A DNA stretch of 64,000 nt from Candidatus Levybacteria bacterium RIFCSPHIGHO2_01_FULL_41_15. Lineage in GTDB: Bacteria; Patescibacteriota; Microgenomatia; Levybacterales; UBA12049. The stretch lies in the NCBI GenBank assembly GCA_001782165.1, contig MFNV01000005.1, forward strand, positions 545 through 64,544. The letters run 5' to 3'. Positions 20,362 to 28,935 of this stretch are shown one piece after another (the first letter of the stretch is position 1; the number at the start of each line of letters is the position of its first letter). Below the pieces are notes generated by a model. It was not told the origin of the DNA, ran no database searches, and was given only the letters and a program-made list of their open reading frames with translations. The position numbers and the translations under genes were made by a program.

Positions 20362-20838
20362 CTATTCTAGTAATTCCTTTATGCGTGATTCTGATAGCTT
20401 CCAAAGTTTCTTGTCAACTAAATAACCTTTTTGAAGTTGGCTCATCTGGTAGTCTTTTAAACCAGTAATAAATACATCACGGAACTTTTTATCGGCATAT
20501 CGTTTCGCAGTCGCTTTCATAGCCTCATCATCTTCTTCATATTGCATAAGCATTGCTTCAGTTGACTCTAGTAATTTTACCCTATCTTGCATGCCCAACT
20601 CGTAATAATAAGCTTCCATTTTATTAAGTGCTCCCTGTAATATCTCAATTGGAAAAGGTAGTATTGATTGAGGTATATCGGTGGCAAAGAGCATTCTGAC
20701 ACCTCCCGAGTGTTCCAAAAATATTCCCCAAATGTTCACAATATTTTGTGCTTCCTCAAGAGTTAATTTTTCAGCTATACCTTTTAGACGCAAGCTGTCA
20801 AGTTTTTCTGCTCTTTTCATTAGGTCAGCCATAGTCAA
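20362..20838 (-). CDS. Hypothetical helical protein (element cargo)
   Basis: 158-aa ORF, start uncertain. Confidence 0.65.
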   Translation of the reverse strand: MTMADLMKRAEKLDSLRLKGIAEKLTLEEAQNIVNIWGIFLEHSGGVRMLFATDIPQSILPFPIEILQGALNKMEAYYYELGMQDRVKLLESTEAMLMQYEEDDEAMKATAKRYADKKFRDVFITGLKDYQMSQLQKGYLVDKKLWKLSESRIKELLE

Positions 20839-20869
20839 CTTTATACTCCAATTGCTTCAGAAAATCAAT

Positions 20870-21358
20870 TTAGGGAGAGGAGGTTTGTGTATTTATGCCT
20901 CCACCATTTGTATATTCGTCTATTTTCAATTCTCTACCATCACCTAACTTAACCGTATTTTCTTTCGGATTAGGAAGGTCATCTTTTATATGAATTCCAA
21001 AAGATACAAAGTTTAAATCTTCTGCCGTGTCCCAAGGGTATATGTGATGATACTTTTTTTCTTCGTAGTCAAATAGAATCAGCTTTCCATTGAACCATAT
21101 TAGCTCGAACGATTTACCAATGTTTTCCACCGGATATTTATCTTTATAAAATTTAAGTTTCCTTTTAATTTTATATTCTTCTCTTTTTTTAGTCGCCCAA
21201 GGTATTAAAGTGGACAATGCTCCAATCCCTACTAAAAAAGTCCCAATACCTATTCCTAATGATTCAATAATTTCATACCAAGTTGATGAACCTTGATTAA
21301 ATTCTGACGCTAATTCCTTAATCAAGATTGCCGATTCAGTGGACAAATCAATAGTCAT
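20870..21358 (-). CDS. Hypothetical single-TM protein (element cargo)
   Basis: 162-aa ORF with one hydrophobic segment. Confidence 0.65.
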   Translation of the reverse strand: MTIDLSTESAILIKELASEFNQGSSTWYEIIESLGIGIGTFLVGIGALSTLIPWATKKREEYKIKRKLKFYKDKYPVENIGKSFELIWFNGKLILFDYEEKKYHHIYPWDTAEDLNFVSFGIHIKDDLPNPKENTVKLGDGRELKIDEYTNGGGINTQTSSP

Positions 21359-21638
21359 ATCTCGCTTAACAAATTGTATATTAAATTATTGGAACGTTCA
21401 ATGTCGCACAATGATTGTAATACGACATAGGTTTGAGGCTAAATCTTCAACAGAAAAATTGTCTTGAGGCTAAGTGTTCTACTATAAGCTTGGATATCTT
21501 CCGGATAACTTATCCCCTACCCTACAAAAGGAATTTCAAAATTTACAATGGTGGGGACTAGCACTTCTAATTGCGTAAAACACACAGGAGGTATGAGTTA
21601 TTGCCCACATATACTTTGGTGAATATATTACTGAAACA

Positions 21639-21750
21639 CAACTGCAATGTTAGTCCAATGTAAGTGCAATAAGTAAAACGCAACTTAAATATAAGTTAAA
21701 CACAGCTATAGCATAACTATAATATGACTATAGTATGACTATAATATGAA
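21639..21750. repeat. 11-bp-period tandem repeats (iteron-like) in the element's largest non-coding gap
   Basis: cacagctatag cataactataa tatgactatag tatgactataa (21701-21744) and caactgcaatg ttagtccaatg taagtgcaata (21639-21671). Confidence 0.7.
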
Positions 21751-21800
21751 TTTTTTAATAAAAGGGGGTATTCCTTATACATATTAAATTAAAATTTCAA

Positions 21801-22382
21801 TTAAAGTGCGTGTTCTTTATCTAGGAGAAATTCCTTATAAACTTCATTGAGGTCTTTCACTTTATCCGGATCAAAGTATTCTTTTGAGTTAAAACCTATT
21901 AAGCAAGTATCACCATCAGGATTCTTCCCCACCCAAGCATAAAAGATTCTGTCCGGCTTATCCTGAAATATAATTTGAATATCTTTTCCGTTCTCTTGAT
22001 TGTCACCAATGGTGGCAACTATAAATTTACTCTTGTAATATTCCTTATCAAAGGCGTCGAGGCCGGTAATAATACCCTCTCTGTGATCCTCTTTGACAGC
22101 TCCTTGCAAGATACAAACTTGTGAACCATCACCAGCTAGATAAGCACTAAGGGCTTTGCGAAGAAAAAGAACATAAGGATTTTTATAGACAGCATAGTAT
22201 TCTTCAATTTCTTTCGGAGTAGATTCAGTTGTCCTATTAAGTTCAGTTGATGTTTGGGGTTGAGGACGACCAAGAAAATAAACAGAAATTAAAAATATGA
22301 TAGCTACAAGAATAAATCCTACCTTTATTCGATGATCCAATAACCTTTTAACGATTCCTTGTATTTTCATCAATATATTCAA
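21801..22382 (-). CDS. Hypothetical membrane-anchored extracytoplasmic protein
   Basis: N-terminal TM followed by a soluble domain; start uncertain. Confidence 0.7.
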   Translation of the reverse strand: MNILMKIQGIVKRLLDHRIKVGFILVAIIFLISVYFLGRPQPQTSTELNRTTESTPKEIEEYYAVYKNPYVLFLRKALSAYLAGDGSQVCILQGAVKEDHREGIITGLDAFDKEYYKSKFIVATIGDNQENGKDIQIIFQDKPDRIFYAWVGKNPDGDTCLIGFNSKEYFDPDKVKDLNEVYKEFLLDKEHAL

Positions 22383-22611
22383 GTAGCTGGGACTGTTTGT
22401 CTATTTTTTCTTCAAGATCAATAATCATTGACTTCAATATCCCAACCTCTAAATCATACTGCAATGGGCCAAATCTTTTGAAATTATTATCTCCTGCTGT
22501 TTCGATTTTATTTTCAATAGTCTTTAGTGAAATCGCAATATAGATAAGAAGAAGAATTACTAAGCCCCATTTTGCAAAATTAACTAATTTTGTTAATTTA
22601 TCCTTTTTCAT
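22348..22611 (-). CDS. Hypothetical single-TM coiled-coil protein
   Basis: MKKDKLTKL... TM then coiled coil; likely start at 22611. Confidence 0.55.
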   Translation of the reverse strand: MKKDKLTKLVNFAKWGLVILLLIYIAISLKTIENKIETAGDNNFKRFGPLQYDLEVGILKSMIIDLEEKIDKQSQLLEYIDENTRNR

Positions 22612-22704
22612 TTTTTGTGCCTGATACAGCCTCAAAATTTGGCATTCTCGCTACATACAGAGTATGGCACGGAAGCCATACTCAAATCAAGAGGTGAAAA
22701 GAAA

Positions 22705-22914
22705 ATGTCAAATATAACAGGACGGTTTGGAAATCAGGTTAGAAAACTAAGAGAAAAAAAGAAAATGTCTCAACTTGATCTGGCACAACGGGCTAAACTT
22801 GACTTGACTACTGTGAATGAAATAGAAAATGGAAATCGCAGTCCAATGCTTAAAACAATTTGGAGAATAGCCAATGCCCTAGAAGTAAAACTTTCGGAGC
22901 TTTTTAATTTTTAA
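22705..22914 (+). CDS. XRE/Cro-family HTH regulator (controller C-protein-like)
   Basis: FGNQVRKLREKKKMSQLDLA...NEIENGNRSP...IANALEV; SD GAGGTG before the ATG at 22705. Confidence 0.88.
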   Translation: MSNITGRFGNQVRKLREKKKMSQLDLAQRAKLDLTTVNEIENGNRSPMLKTIWRIANALEVKLSELFNF

Positions 22915-23037
22915 ACCTTCTCACAATTCTCAATCTCCTATAAATTTTTGTGTCAAATAAGGTCAAGTATGGTATTTTATGGAATAATATTGAAAAAAAA
23001 CTTGACAACAAGATTTTAAGGTTTTATATACTTTAAT

Positions 23038-23156
23038 AAAGGCATTTTTATTTTTAAGTTGCCGAGCGACTTGAAAATAGAGATGTCTTTTTTTATTGGT
23101 TTTCGGGTGGATATAAAAGCCCCTGTTGGGATTCCACCCGAGACGGGGGTTTTTAT
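23038..23156 (+). promoter_or_regulatory. Structured leader of the element's 23157-RHH-int operon
   Basis: Long hairpin at about 23038-23090 followed by a T-run, then overlapping alternative stems (tcgggtgga/tccacccga vs ataaaagcccctgt/acgggggttttta); TTGACA at 23002. Confidence 0.55.
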
Positions 23157-23516
23157 ATGGAACATATTAAGAATACTTTAAAAACAAGAGTTCCTATTAA
23201 CGATAATAACGATAATATAAAAATCGTAGATAACGATACTAACGATAGTCCTTCTAAGGAATACGCTTTAAACAGAAGTAAATTTACACCTAACACCGAA
23301 GAAACTCAATTAGCAGAGAAGATTGCTTTATCGTTTAACGATCTCGAGAACTACGCATTTTATCGGAAAGTGGTAAATAAGTTAGGTATTCAAGGTGCTT
23401 ATTCATTTTGGAAATCTCATAAAGAAGAGGAGGAAGAGAAGAAAGGGGGAAGGTATGAGTTTAGAAATTCTAAGCAATACTTTGCGTGGAAATTTAAGAA
23501 AGGAATTTATTATTAA
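23157..23516 (+). CDS. Hypothetical protein, possibly replication-related
   Basis: 119 aa; first gene of the operon with RHH and integrase. Function inferred from position only. Confidence 0.6.
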   Translation: MEHIKNTLKTRVPINDNNDNIKIVDNDTNDSPSKEYALNRSKFTPNTEETQLAEKIALSFNDLENYAFYRKVVNKLGIQGAYSFWKSHKEEEEEKKGGRYEFRNSKQYFAWKFKKGIYY

Positions 23517-23517
23517 G

Positions 23518-23688
23518 ATGAAAAATCGACAAATCGACACAAAATTAACAAAACAGGTAAGGATTGATACCGGACTGCACCAACTGCTCAAAATTAAATC
23601 CGCAAAAGCAGGAGTGCCCATTAAAACGCTTCTAGAGGGATATATCGCAGAGGGTTTAAAAGACGAAACTGCCCAAAATAGTTCTTGA
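23518..23688 (+). CDS. Small ribbon-helix-helix-like DNA-binding protein
   Basis: TKQVRIDTGLHQLLKIKSAKAGVPIKTLLEGYI: beta-strand, helix, helix pattern; ATG 1 nt after the previous stop. Confidence 0.7.
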   Translation: MKNRQIDTKLTKQVRIDTGLHQLLKIKSAKAGVPIKTLLEGYIAEGLKDETAQNSS

Positions 23689-23771
23689 TTTTTATGTATC
23701 CGGCATTTAATATAAATAACAGTTCTTCGCATCACCCCCTTCAAACCATCCCCAGTCCCCTACGGGGGACT

Positions 23772-24782
23772 ATGATAGACGAAAAAGATTTTGTCAGTTT
23801 TGTTTCAATAAAAGAAGGACTAGACGATAATAGTGTTGATAACTGCCGTAAAACAATTAGGCTCATAAATCTTTGGTTTGGTGAGAAAAAACTAACAAAA
23901 GAAAATGTTGAGGTATATTTTGGCTACCTGAAAAATGAAAAGAAACTGAAGCCTAATACTCTTAATGCTTACCTATTCGTTTTCCGGCATCTTGTTGCAT
24001 ATTGTAATGACAGAGGATTACCTTATGATTTCCTGCAAGGATTTAAGGCATTTAAGAAAACAAAATCGGATATCATAGTTCTTACAATAAATGAGATTGA
24101 AGCAATACTGGAGACGAAGATAGAATATGGCAAATTTTACGGAAAAGATTGCTCTTTTTTGGATTTCAGAGATAAAACACTAATAAGTTTTTTAGCTTTT
24201 ACCGGTTGCAGATTTTCTGAAGCAAGAGATTTAAAAATAAAACACCTAGATTTATCTGCAGGCAGAGCAATATTGGTAGATACAAAAACTAACGAAAACC
24301 GCAGCGTTTTCTTCGCAGAAGATTTAGCGAATAATTTAAGGGAATTAGTTGGAGAAAGAAATTCTGAAGATTTAGTGTTCATAAACTCATTGGGGAAAAG
24401 AGTATATGAAAGTGATTTTGCATTCCAACTTAAAAAAAGAGCAATTCAAGCAGGAATTACAAAAAGAGTATATCCCCACCTTTTCCGTCATAGCTTTGCC
24501 ACACAACTGTTGATGTCTGGAGTTGATGTTGCAGTAGTATCTAAAATACTTGGACATAAAGATGTTAGAACCACCGTAGATAATTATTTACATCTCGCTG
24601 ACACAACATTAAAAGAAGCAACATTTATGCACCCCCTTATAAGAAAAAATGTTGATCCTAGTTTAATTTTCAGAATGGTTCGCAATGCTTATGAGAGTTT
24701 TCATTTTGAAACAGATAAAAGATTTAAACATAAAATCGCTCAGGACGAAAAGAGTTTCAAATTTGAACTTAAGTTAGCTTGA
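23772..24782 (+). CDS. Tyrosine recombinase/integrase
   Basis: Catalytic R (TGCRFSE), K (TKT), HLFRH, LGH, Y (DNYLH). Likely start MIDEKDF at 23772. Confidence 0.93.
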   Translation: MIDEKDFVSFVSIKEGLDDNSVDNCRKTIRLINLWFGEKKLTKENVEVYFGYLKNEKKLKPNTLNAYLFVFRHLVAYCNDRGLPYDFLQGFKAFKKTKSDIIVLTINEIEAILETKIEYGKFYGKDCSFLDFRDKTLISFLAFTGCRFSEARDLKIKHLDLSAGRAILVDTKTNENRSVFFAEDLANNLRELVGERNSEDLVFINSLGKRVYESDFAFQLKKRAIQAGITKRVYPHLFRHSFATQLLMSGVDVAVVSKILGHKDVRTTVDNYLHLADTTLKEATFMHPLIRKNVDPSLIFRMVRNAYESFHFETDKRFKHKIAQDEKSFKFELKLA

Positions 24783-24883
24783 TGACTTCATTCGCAGGGA
24801 TTAAGAAATCCTAATCCCCACTTTCAAACCACCAGCCAGTCCCTGTTAGTTCTTCGCAGTTTCTGCTATGATTCAGAGGTAAC

Positions 24884-24906
24884 AAAAAAGCACCTCTCGG
24901 TGCTTA
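24884..24906 (-). terminator. Intrinsic terminator after ftsZ, located inside the element
   Basis: Minus strand AAGCACC-GAGA-GGTGCTT-TTTT. Confidence 0.75.
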
Positions 24907-24932
24907 TAGCAGGTTATTTAAGCTCACCCCCT

Positions 24933-26030
24933 CTAGTTTTTCTGCCTCAAAAATGCGGGGATTTCGAAGACGTCTTCCTCATCTCCTGCGGGAGTCTCAG
25001 AAGATGCTTCCTCTTGTTGAACCTGAACCTCCTGCATTTTTTTCTCGGGAACCACAAATTCAGAAAGTCTTTGTCTTGTTGAATCAAACCCTGTTGCGAT
25101 AACAGTAATTTTGATTGTATCATGCATGGTTTCATCAATTGTTGCTCCAAATATTATATTTGCGTCAGAGTCTGCGGCAGATGCAATAATCTTTGCCGCT
25201 TCATCAACTTCACTCATCGTTATATCTGGCCCTCCTGTTATGTTAAACAAAACTCCGCGTGCTCCATCCATTGAGATCTCAAGAAGAGGAGATGCAATAG
25301 CTGACCTTGCAGCCGCTTGGGCTCTGTTCTCGCCTACCCCGGTTCCAATACCCATAAGAGCTGATCCTGCCGAGGACATAATAGTTCTTACATCTGCAAA
25401 ATCTACATTTATAAGCCCCGGCATGGTTATAAGATCTGAGATTCCCTGTACTCCCTGGGTCAAAACCGAATCCGCCACCTTAAATGCCTCAAGAAGAGAA
25501 AGTTTTTTATCAACAACATCCAAGATCCTCTGATTAGGAATAATAATAAGGGTATCTACCTTGTCTTTAAGATTTTCTATCCCGTCCTCAGCAGTTACCA
25601 TTCGTCTTGTACCTTCAAAAGCAAATGGCTTAGTAACTACCGCAATAGTTAAAGCACCTACCTCTTTTGCAATTTCAGCAATAATAGGAGATCCTCCGGT
25701 ACCTGTTCCCCCACCCATCCCGGCTGCCAAAAAAACCATATCAGACCCCTCAAGCATATTTTTTATCTTTTCCCGGGACTCTTCTGCTGCCTGTCTCCCA
25801 AGTTCAGGATCTCCTCCAGAACCAAGTCCCTTAGTAAGATTATCCCCTATCTGGACTTTTGTAGTCGCTGCTGATAGAAGAAGAGCTTGTGCATCAGTAT
25901 TTATTGAAACGAAATCAACTCCCTGAATTTGTCCTTGAGTAATCATTGAAGTAAGGGCATTTCCGCCGCCGCCACCGATTCCCAAAACTCTTATCTTGGC
26001 GAAGTTTGCAGTCTGGGGCTTAATAAGCAT
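24933..26030 (-). CDS. ftsZ: Cell division protein FtsZ
   Basis: GGGGGN, GMGGGTGTG, NVDFAD, C-terminal FEIPAFLR; likely start MLIKP at 26030. Confidence 0.98.
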   Translation of the reverse strand: MLIKPQTANFAKIRVLGIGGGGGNALTSMITQGQIQGVDFVSINTDAQALLLSAATTKVQIGDNLTKGLGSGGDPELGRQAAEESREKIKNMLEGSDMVFLAAGMGGGTGTGGSPIIAEIAKEVGALTIAVVTKPFAFEGTRRMVTAEDGIENLKDKVDTLIIIPNQRILDVVDKKLSLLEAFKVADSVLTQGVQGISDLITMPGLINVDFADVRTIMSSAGSALMGIGTGVGENRAQAAARSAIASPLLEISMDGARGVLFNITGGPDITMSEVDEAAKIIASAADSDANIIFGATIDETMHDTIKITVIATGFDSTRQRLSEFVVPEKKMQEVQVQQEEASSETPAGDEEDVFEIPAFLRQKN

Positions 26031-26070
26031 AAACAAATTCCATGCTATCAAATAAAAAAATATTTTGCAA

Positions 26071-26141
26071 GCCCCGCAAGAATCGCCCCGTGAGGCGTGT
26101 ACGAATAGTACTGAAAAGCCGAACGGAAAGATTTGCGGGGC
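26071..26141. repeat. GC-rich structured element between ftsA and ftsZ
   Basis: Terminal inverted repeat GCCCCGCAA / TTGCGGGGC with an inner cgcc/ggcg stem. Confidence 0.5.
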
Positions 26142-26146
26142 AAGCC

Positions 26147-27427
26147 CTAGGGCATAAAGGATTTTATAAAATCAATGACCTTTGAAATCATTTTATTAAA
26201 ACGCAGATTTGGTATCTGAGGAACGGATATGCCAAAAGGAAGACCCTGTCTGGGCTCAATTGTCCCTACATATTTGACAAGTCCGACAGCTGTTGCAAAT
26301 GAGGGATCCTCAACTTCATCTATTATTCCTTTAAGATCCGCAGGATAACCTGCTCTTACAGGCATTGCTAAAGTTCTTTTGGCACTCTCAACTACACCAA
26401 TTGTCTTTGCTCCCCCTCCTGTTATCACTATTCCTGAGGGGGTTTGTCCGCCGAAACCGCTTTTTTTGATTTCAAGACCTACGAATGTAAATATTTCATT
26501 AAGCCTTGGTCTTATAATCCCATCGATCAGCGTTTTTTTTGACACTTTGCTTACCTCCTCAGCCAAATGCAGGACAGACAAATCAATTTCATCTCCTCGG
26601 GGTTTTGTTTCGCCTTCTTCACTTTCTTCTCCTGAAGGTTTCTTTGGACTTGAAAGAAAAACTTTTATCTTCTCAGCACTCTCAAGTGAAATTCTAAGTC
26701 CTATGGCAAGATCATTAGTTATGTGTCTTGCTCCGATTCCTATTACGCAAGAGTAGGCAACAGAACCATCGGTATAGATTGAAATATCAGTAGTTCCTGC
26801 CCCGATATCAACAAGAATCACCCCAAGTTCCCTCTCGGTATCTGATAAAACAGAAAGACTACTTGCATACCCGTTGTAAACAATCTCATCTACATCAACG
26901 CCAACTTCAGAGAGAGTTTTCTCAAGGTTTCTTATAGCAATTGTATTGGCAGATATGATGTGTGTGTCAACTTCAAGTCTTATTCCGCTCATGCCTACAG
27001 GATCCTTAATGCCCTCCTGTCCGTCAACTGCATAGGTTCTCGGGAGAACATGAATTATCTCCCGGGATGAGGGAAGAGAAACAGCTTTTGCAGCATCTAT
27101 TACCCGCAGAACATCGTTTTCTGCAATTTCCCCCTGCGGGTTCGACACCGCAACGACTCCTTTTGAGTTTAGCGATTCTATATGGCTTCCTCCAATTGAT
27201 GCAATTGCATGAGAGGCAGAATAGCCTGCCATTCGTTCTGCTGCCTCCAAGGATGTATTTATGGAATTTACCGCCTCATCTATATCAACTATCTGGCCTT
27301 TTTTTATTCCCGCAGATTTTATCTCGGAAATCCCAAGTACATTTACCGAATCATCAACTTTTGCAATTATTGTGGCGATTTTGGATGTTCCTATATCGAT
27401 CCCTACGACTATTTTCCCCTCATTCAT
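26147..27427 (-). CDS. ftsA: Cell division protein FtsA
   Basis: GIDIGTSKI, LVDIGAGTTD, ITNDLA, VITGGG. Confidence 0.96.
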   Translation of the reverse strand: MNEGKIVVGIDIGTSKIATIIAKVDDSVNVLGISEIKSAGIKKGQIVDIDEAVNSINTSLEAAERMAGYSASHAIASIGGSHIESLNSKGVVAVSNPQGEIAENDVLRVIDAAKAVSLPSSREIIHVLPRTYAVDGQEGIKDPVGMSGIRLEVDTHIISANTIAIRNLEKTLSEVGVDVDEIVYNGYASSLSVLSDTERELGVILVDIGAGTTDISIYTDGSVAYSCVIGIGARHITNDLAIGLRISLESAEKIKVFLSSPKKPSGEESEEGETKPRGDEIDLSVLHLAEEVSKVSKKTLIDGIIRPRLNEIFTFVGLEIKKSGFGGQTPSGIVITGGGAKTIGVVESAKRTLAMPVRAGYPADLKGIIDEVEDPSFATAVGLVKYVGTIEPRQGLPFGISVPQIPNLRFNKMISKVIDFIKSFMP

Positions 27428-27436
27428 AAAACTAAA

Positions 27437-27841
27437 TTAAAGCCTCAAGATAGGCCTATCAAATCTGAAATCAACTGTTTTTATTCTTTTCCCCTCTATT
27501 GTAAGCCGATTAAGCATTAATTGTAAAGAGTTTATTTGTTCTTGAATATCTTTTTTTTTGGATATTATAGCTTGTCCTCCATCTCTCAGATCCACCAAGT
27601 ATGAAGAATCCGAAGCCACCGAAACAGAAGAATAAGGAATATTCTCTTTTCTTAAGATTTCCTCAATTGATTTATTCCCTGAGATTTGATCTTTTGCAAG
27701 AGGGCTTATCAAATCCTTTGAAAAAAATGGAAAGCGGTAAAGATTCATGATTAAAAGACCAAAAAATAAAGCCGCAAATAAATAAAATACCAGTATCTTA
27801 AGAAAAATTTTTCCTTTTCTCTTTATTTTTTTTCTATGCAT
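27437..27841 (-). CDS. Minimal FtsQ/DivIB-like protein
   Basis: Single TM, C-terminal VDFRFDRP (DxR motif), positioned between murG and ftsA. Confidence 0.6.
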   Translation of the reverse strand: MHRKKIKRKGKIFLKILVFYLFAALFFGLLIMNLYRFPFFSKDLISPLAKDQISGNKSIEEILRKENIPYSSVSVASDSSYLVDLRDGGQAIISKKKDIQEQINSLQLMLNRLTIEGKRIKTVDFRFDRPILRL

Positions 27842-28935
27842 TTCTCGATTATTTTTACAATTTTTTGCGCAGCATGCTCGTCTATAAAACCTCTTGTATT
27901 AGCATTCTTATGTTGATCTATATTCTTAAACATTTCGGTTACTTTTTCAAAAAGAAGTTTTGGAGTAGCTTTTTTTTGCTCAATTATCTCAGAAAGTCCT
28001 ATATCTTTAAGAAACTTGGCATTTTCCATTTGTTCGTTTATTTGGGAAAAGGGAATAGGTATCAGAATGGAAGGTTTTTTAAACAAAATAAGCTCAGAAA
28101 CTGTATTTATTCCGGATCGGGAGATTACTAAATCAGAGTCGAAGAGGTAATCCCCCATCTCCTGAGGGTCTATAAATTTTTTGATAAAATAGTCCTTCCT
28201 AAAACTTTTGGGAAGTTTCGATACAATGGTCTTGAGATTTGCATAATCTCTAAATTCCTCAGAATCTCCTGTTTGATGAATAATTAAGAATTTTTCAAGT
28301 AGTTTTTCCAACGAATCTTCTATAAGTTTGTTTATAAAATGAGACCCTGAGCTTCCGCCTGTTATAAAAATCAAGGGTTTTGTGTTTCCATTTTTCACTT
28401 TTCGTTTTTGACTTTCCGCTTTACTTACGAGCTCCTTTCGAAGAGGAATTCCGGTAAGAATAGTTTTTTGTTTTGGAAAAAAATCAAAAGAGCTCCTCCA
28501 GGATATACAAATCTTTTTGGCAAAAAAAGCGCAAAGTTTATTGGAAAGACCTATTTTTCTAGTCTGTTCATGTAATACAACGGGAATTTTAAGAAAAAAT
28601 GCTGCAAAAACGACTGGTATCTGAACATAACCACCAAAACCCAAAACTGCATCTGGTTTGTGTTCTTTCAAAATTGAATAAGCCTTAAAAAAAGCACCGG
28701 GAAGTTTAAGGAGTGAGGGAATCGTATTTTTTGTAAACTTTCTTTGGAGCCTTCCTGTTAAAATTTCTTCAAAAAGAATTCCAAGGTTTTTTATGGTTTT
28801 ATATTCTGGGGATAAAGTCTTATCTTTTTCAAAAACATATTTTCGGCCGATAAAAATAATTTCCCAGTTCTTGGGAGCTTGTCCAATCAGAGAAAGAGCT
28901 GGAGAAAGGTGTCCTCCTATAAAAGCTATCTTCAT
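27823..28935 (-). CDS. murG: MurG GlcNAc transferase
   Basis: GGHLSPA, GFGGYV, HEQ, TGGSSGS, SRSG, EQMENA. Confidence 0.93.
   Translation of the reverse strand: MKIAFIGGHLSPALSLIGQAPKNWEIIFIGRKYVFEKDKTLSPEYKTIKNLGILFEEILTGRLQRKFTKNTIPSLLKLPGAFFKAYSILKEHKPDAVLGFGGYVQIPVVFAAFFLKIPVVLHEQTRKIGLSNKLCAFFAKKICISWRSSFDFFPKQKTILTGIPLRKELVSKAESQKRKVKNGNTKPLIFITGGSSGSHFINKLIEDSLEKLLEKFLIIHQTGDSEEFRDYANLKTIVSKLPKSFRKDYFIKKFIDPQEMGDYLFDSDLVISRSGINTVSELILFKKPSILIPIPFSQINEQMENAKFLKDIGLSEIIEQKKATPKLLFEKVTEMFKNIDQHKNANTRGFIDEHAAQKIVKIIEKCIEKK

Larger units (their letters stand above)
18997..24962. mobile_element. ~6 kb integrative element (tyrosine integrase) inserted in the 3' end of ftsZ
   Basis: Direct repeat with 11-bp identical core AATGCGGGGAT at 18997-19007 and 24952-24962, inside a 36-bp 29/36 match (18979-19014 vs 24934-24969). 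Integrase lies next to one end; XRE, RHH and orphan cargo genes inside; flanking host genes are all on the minus strand. Confidence 0.85.

Noticed and set aside
21593-21622. 9-aa ORF MSYCPHILW after AGGAGGT
   Set aside because: SD-to-ATG spacing is essentially zero and there is no other support.
19132-22635. Integron cassette array
   Set aside because: Genes are in mixed orientations, no attC-like GTTRRRY/RYYYAAC palindromes recur, and the integrase shows no obvious IntI-specific insertion.
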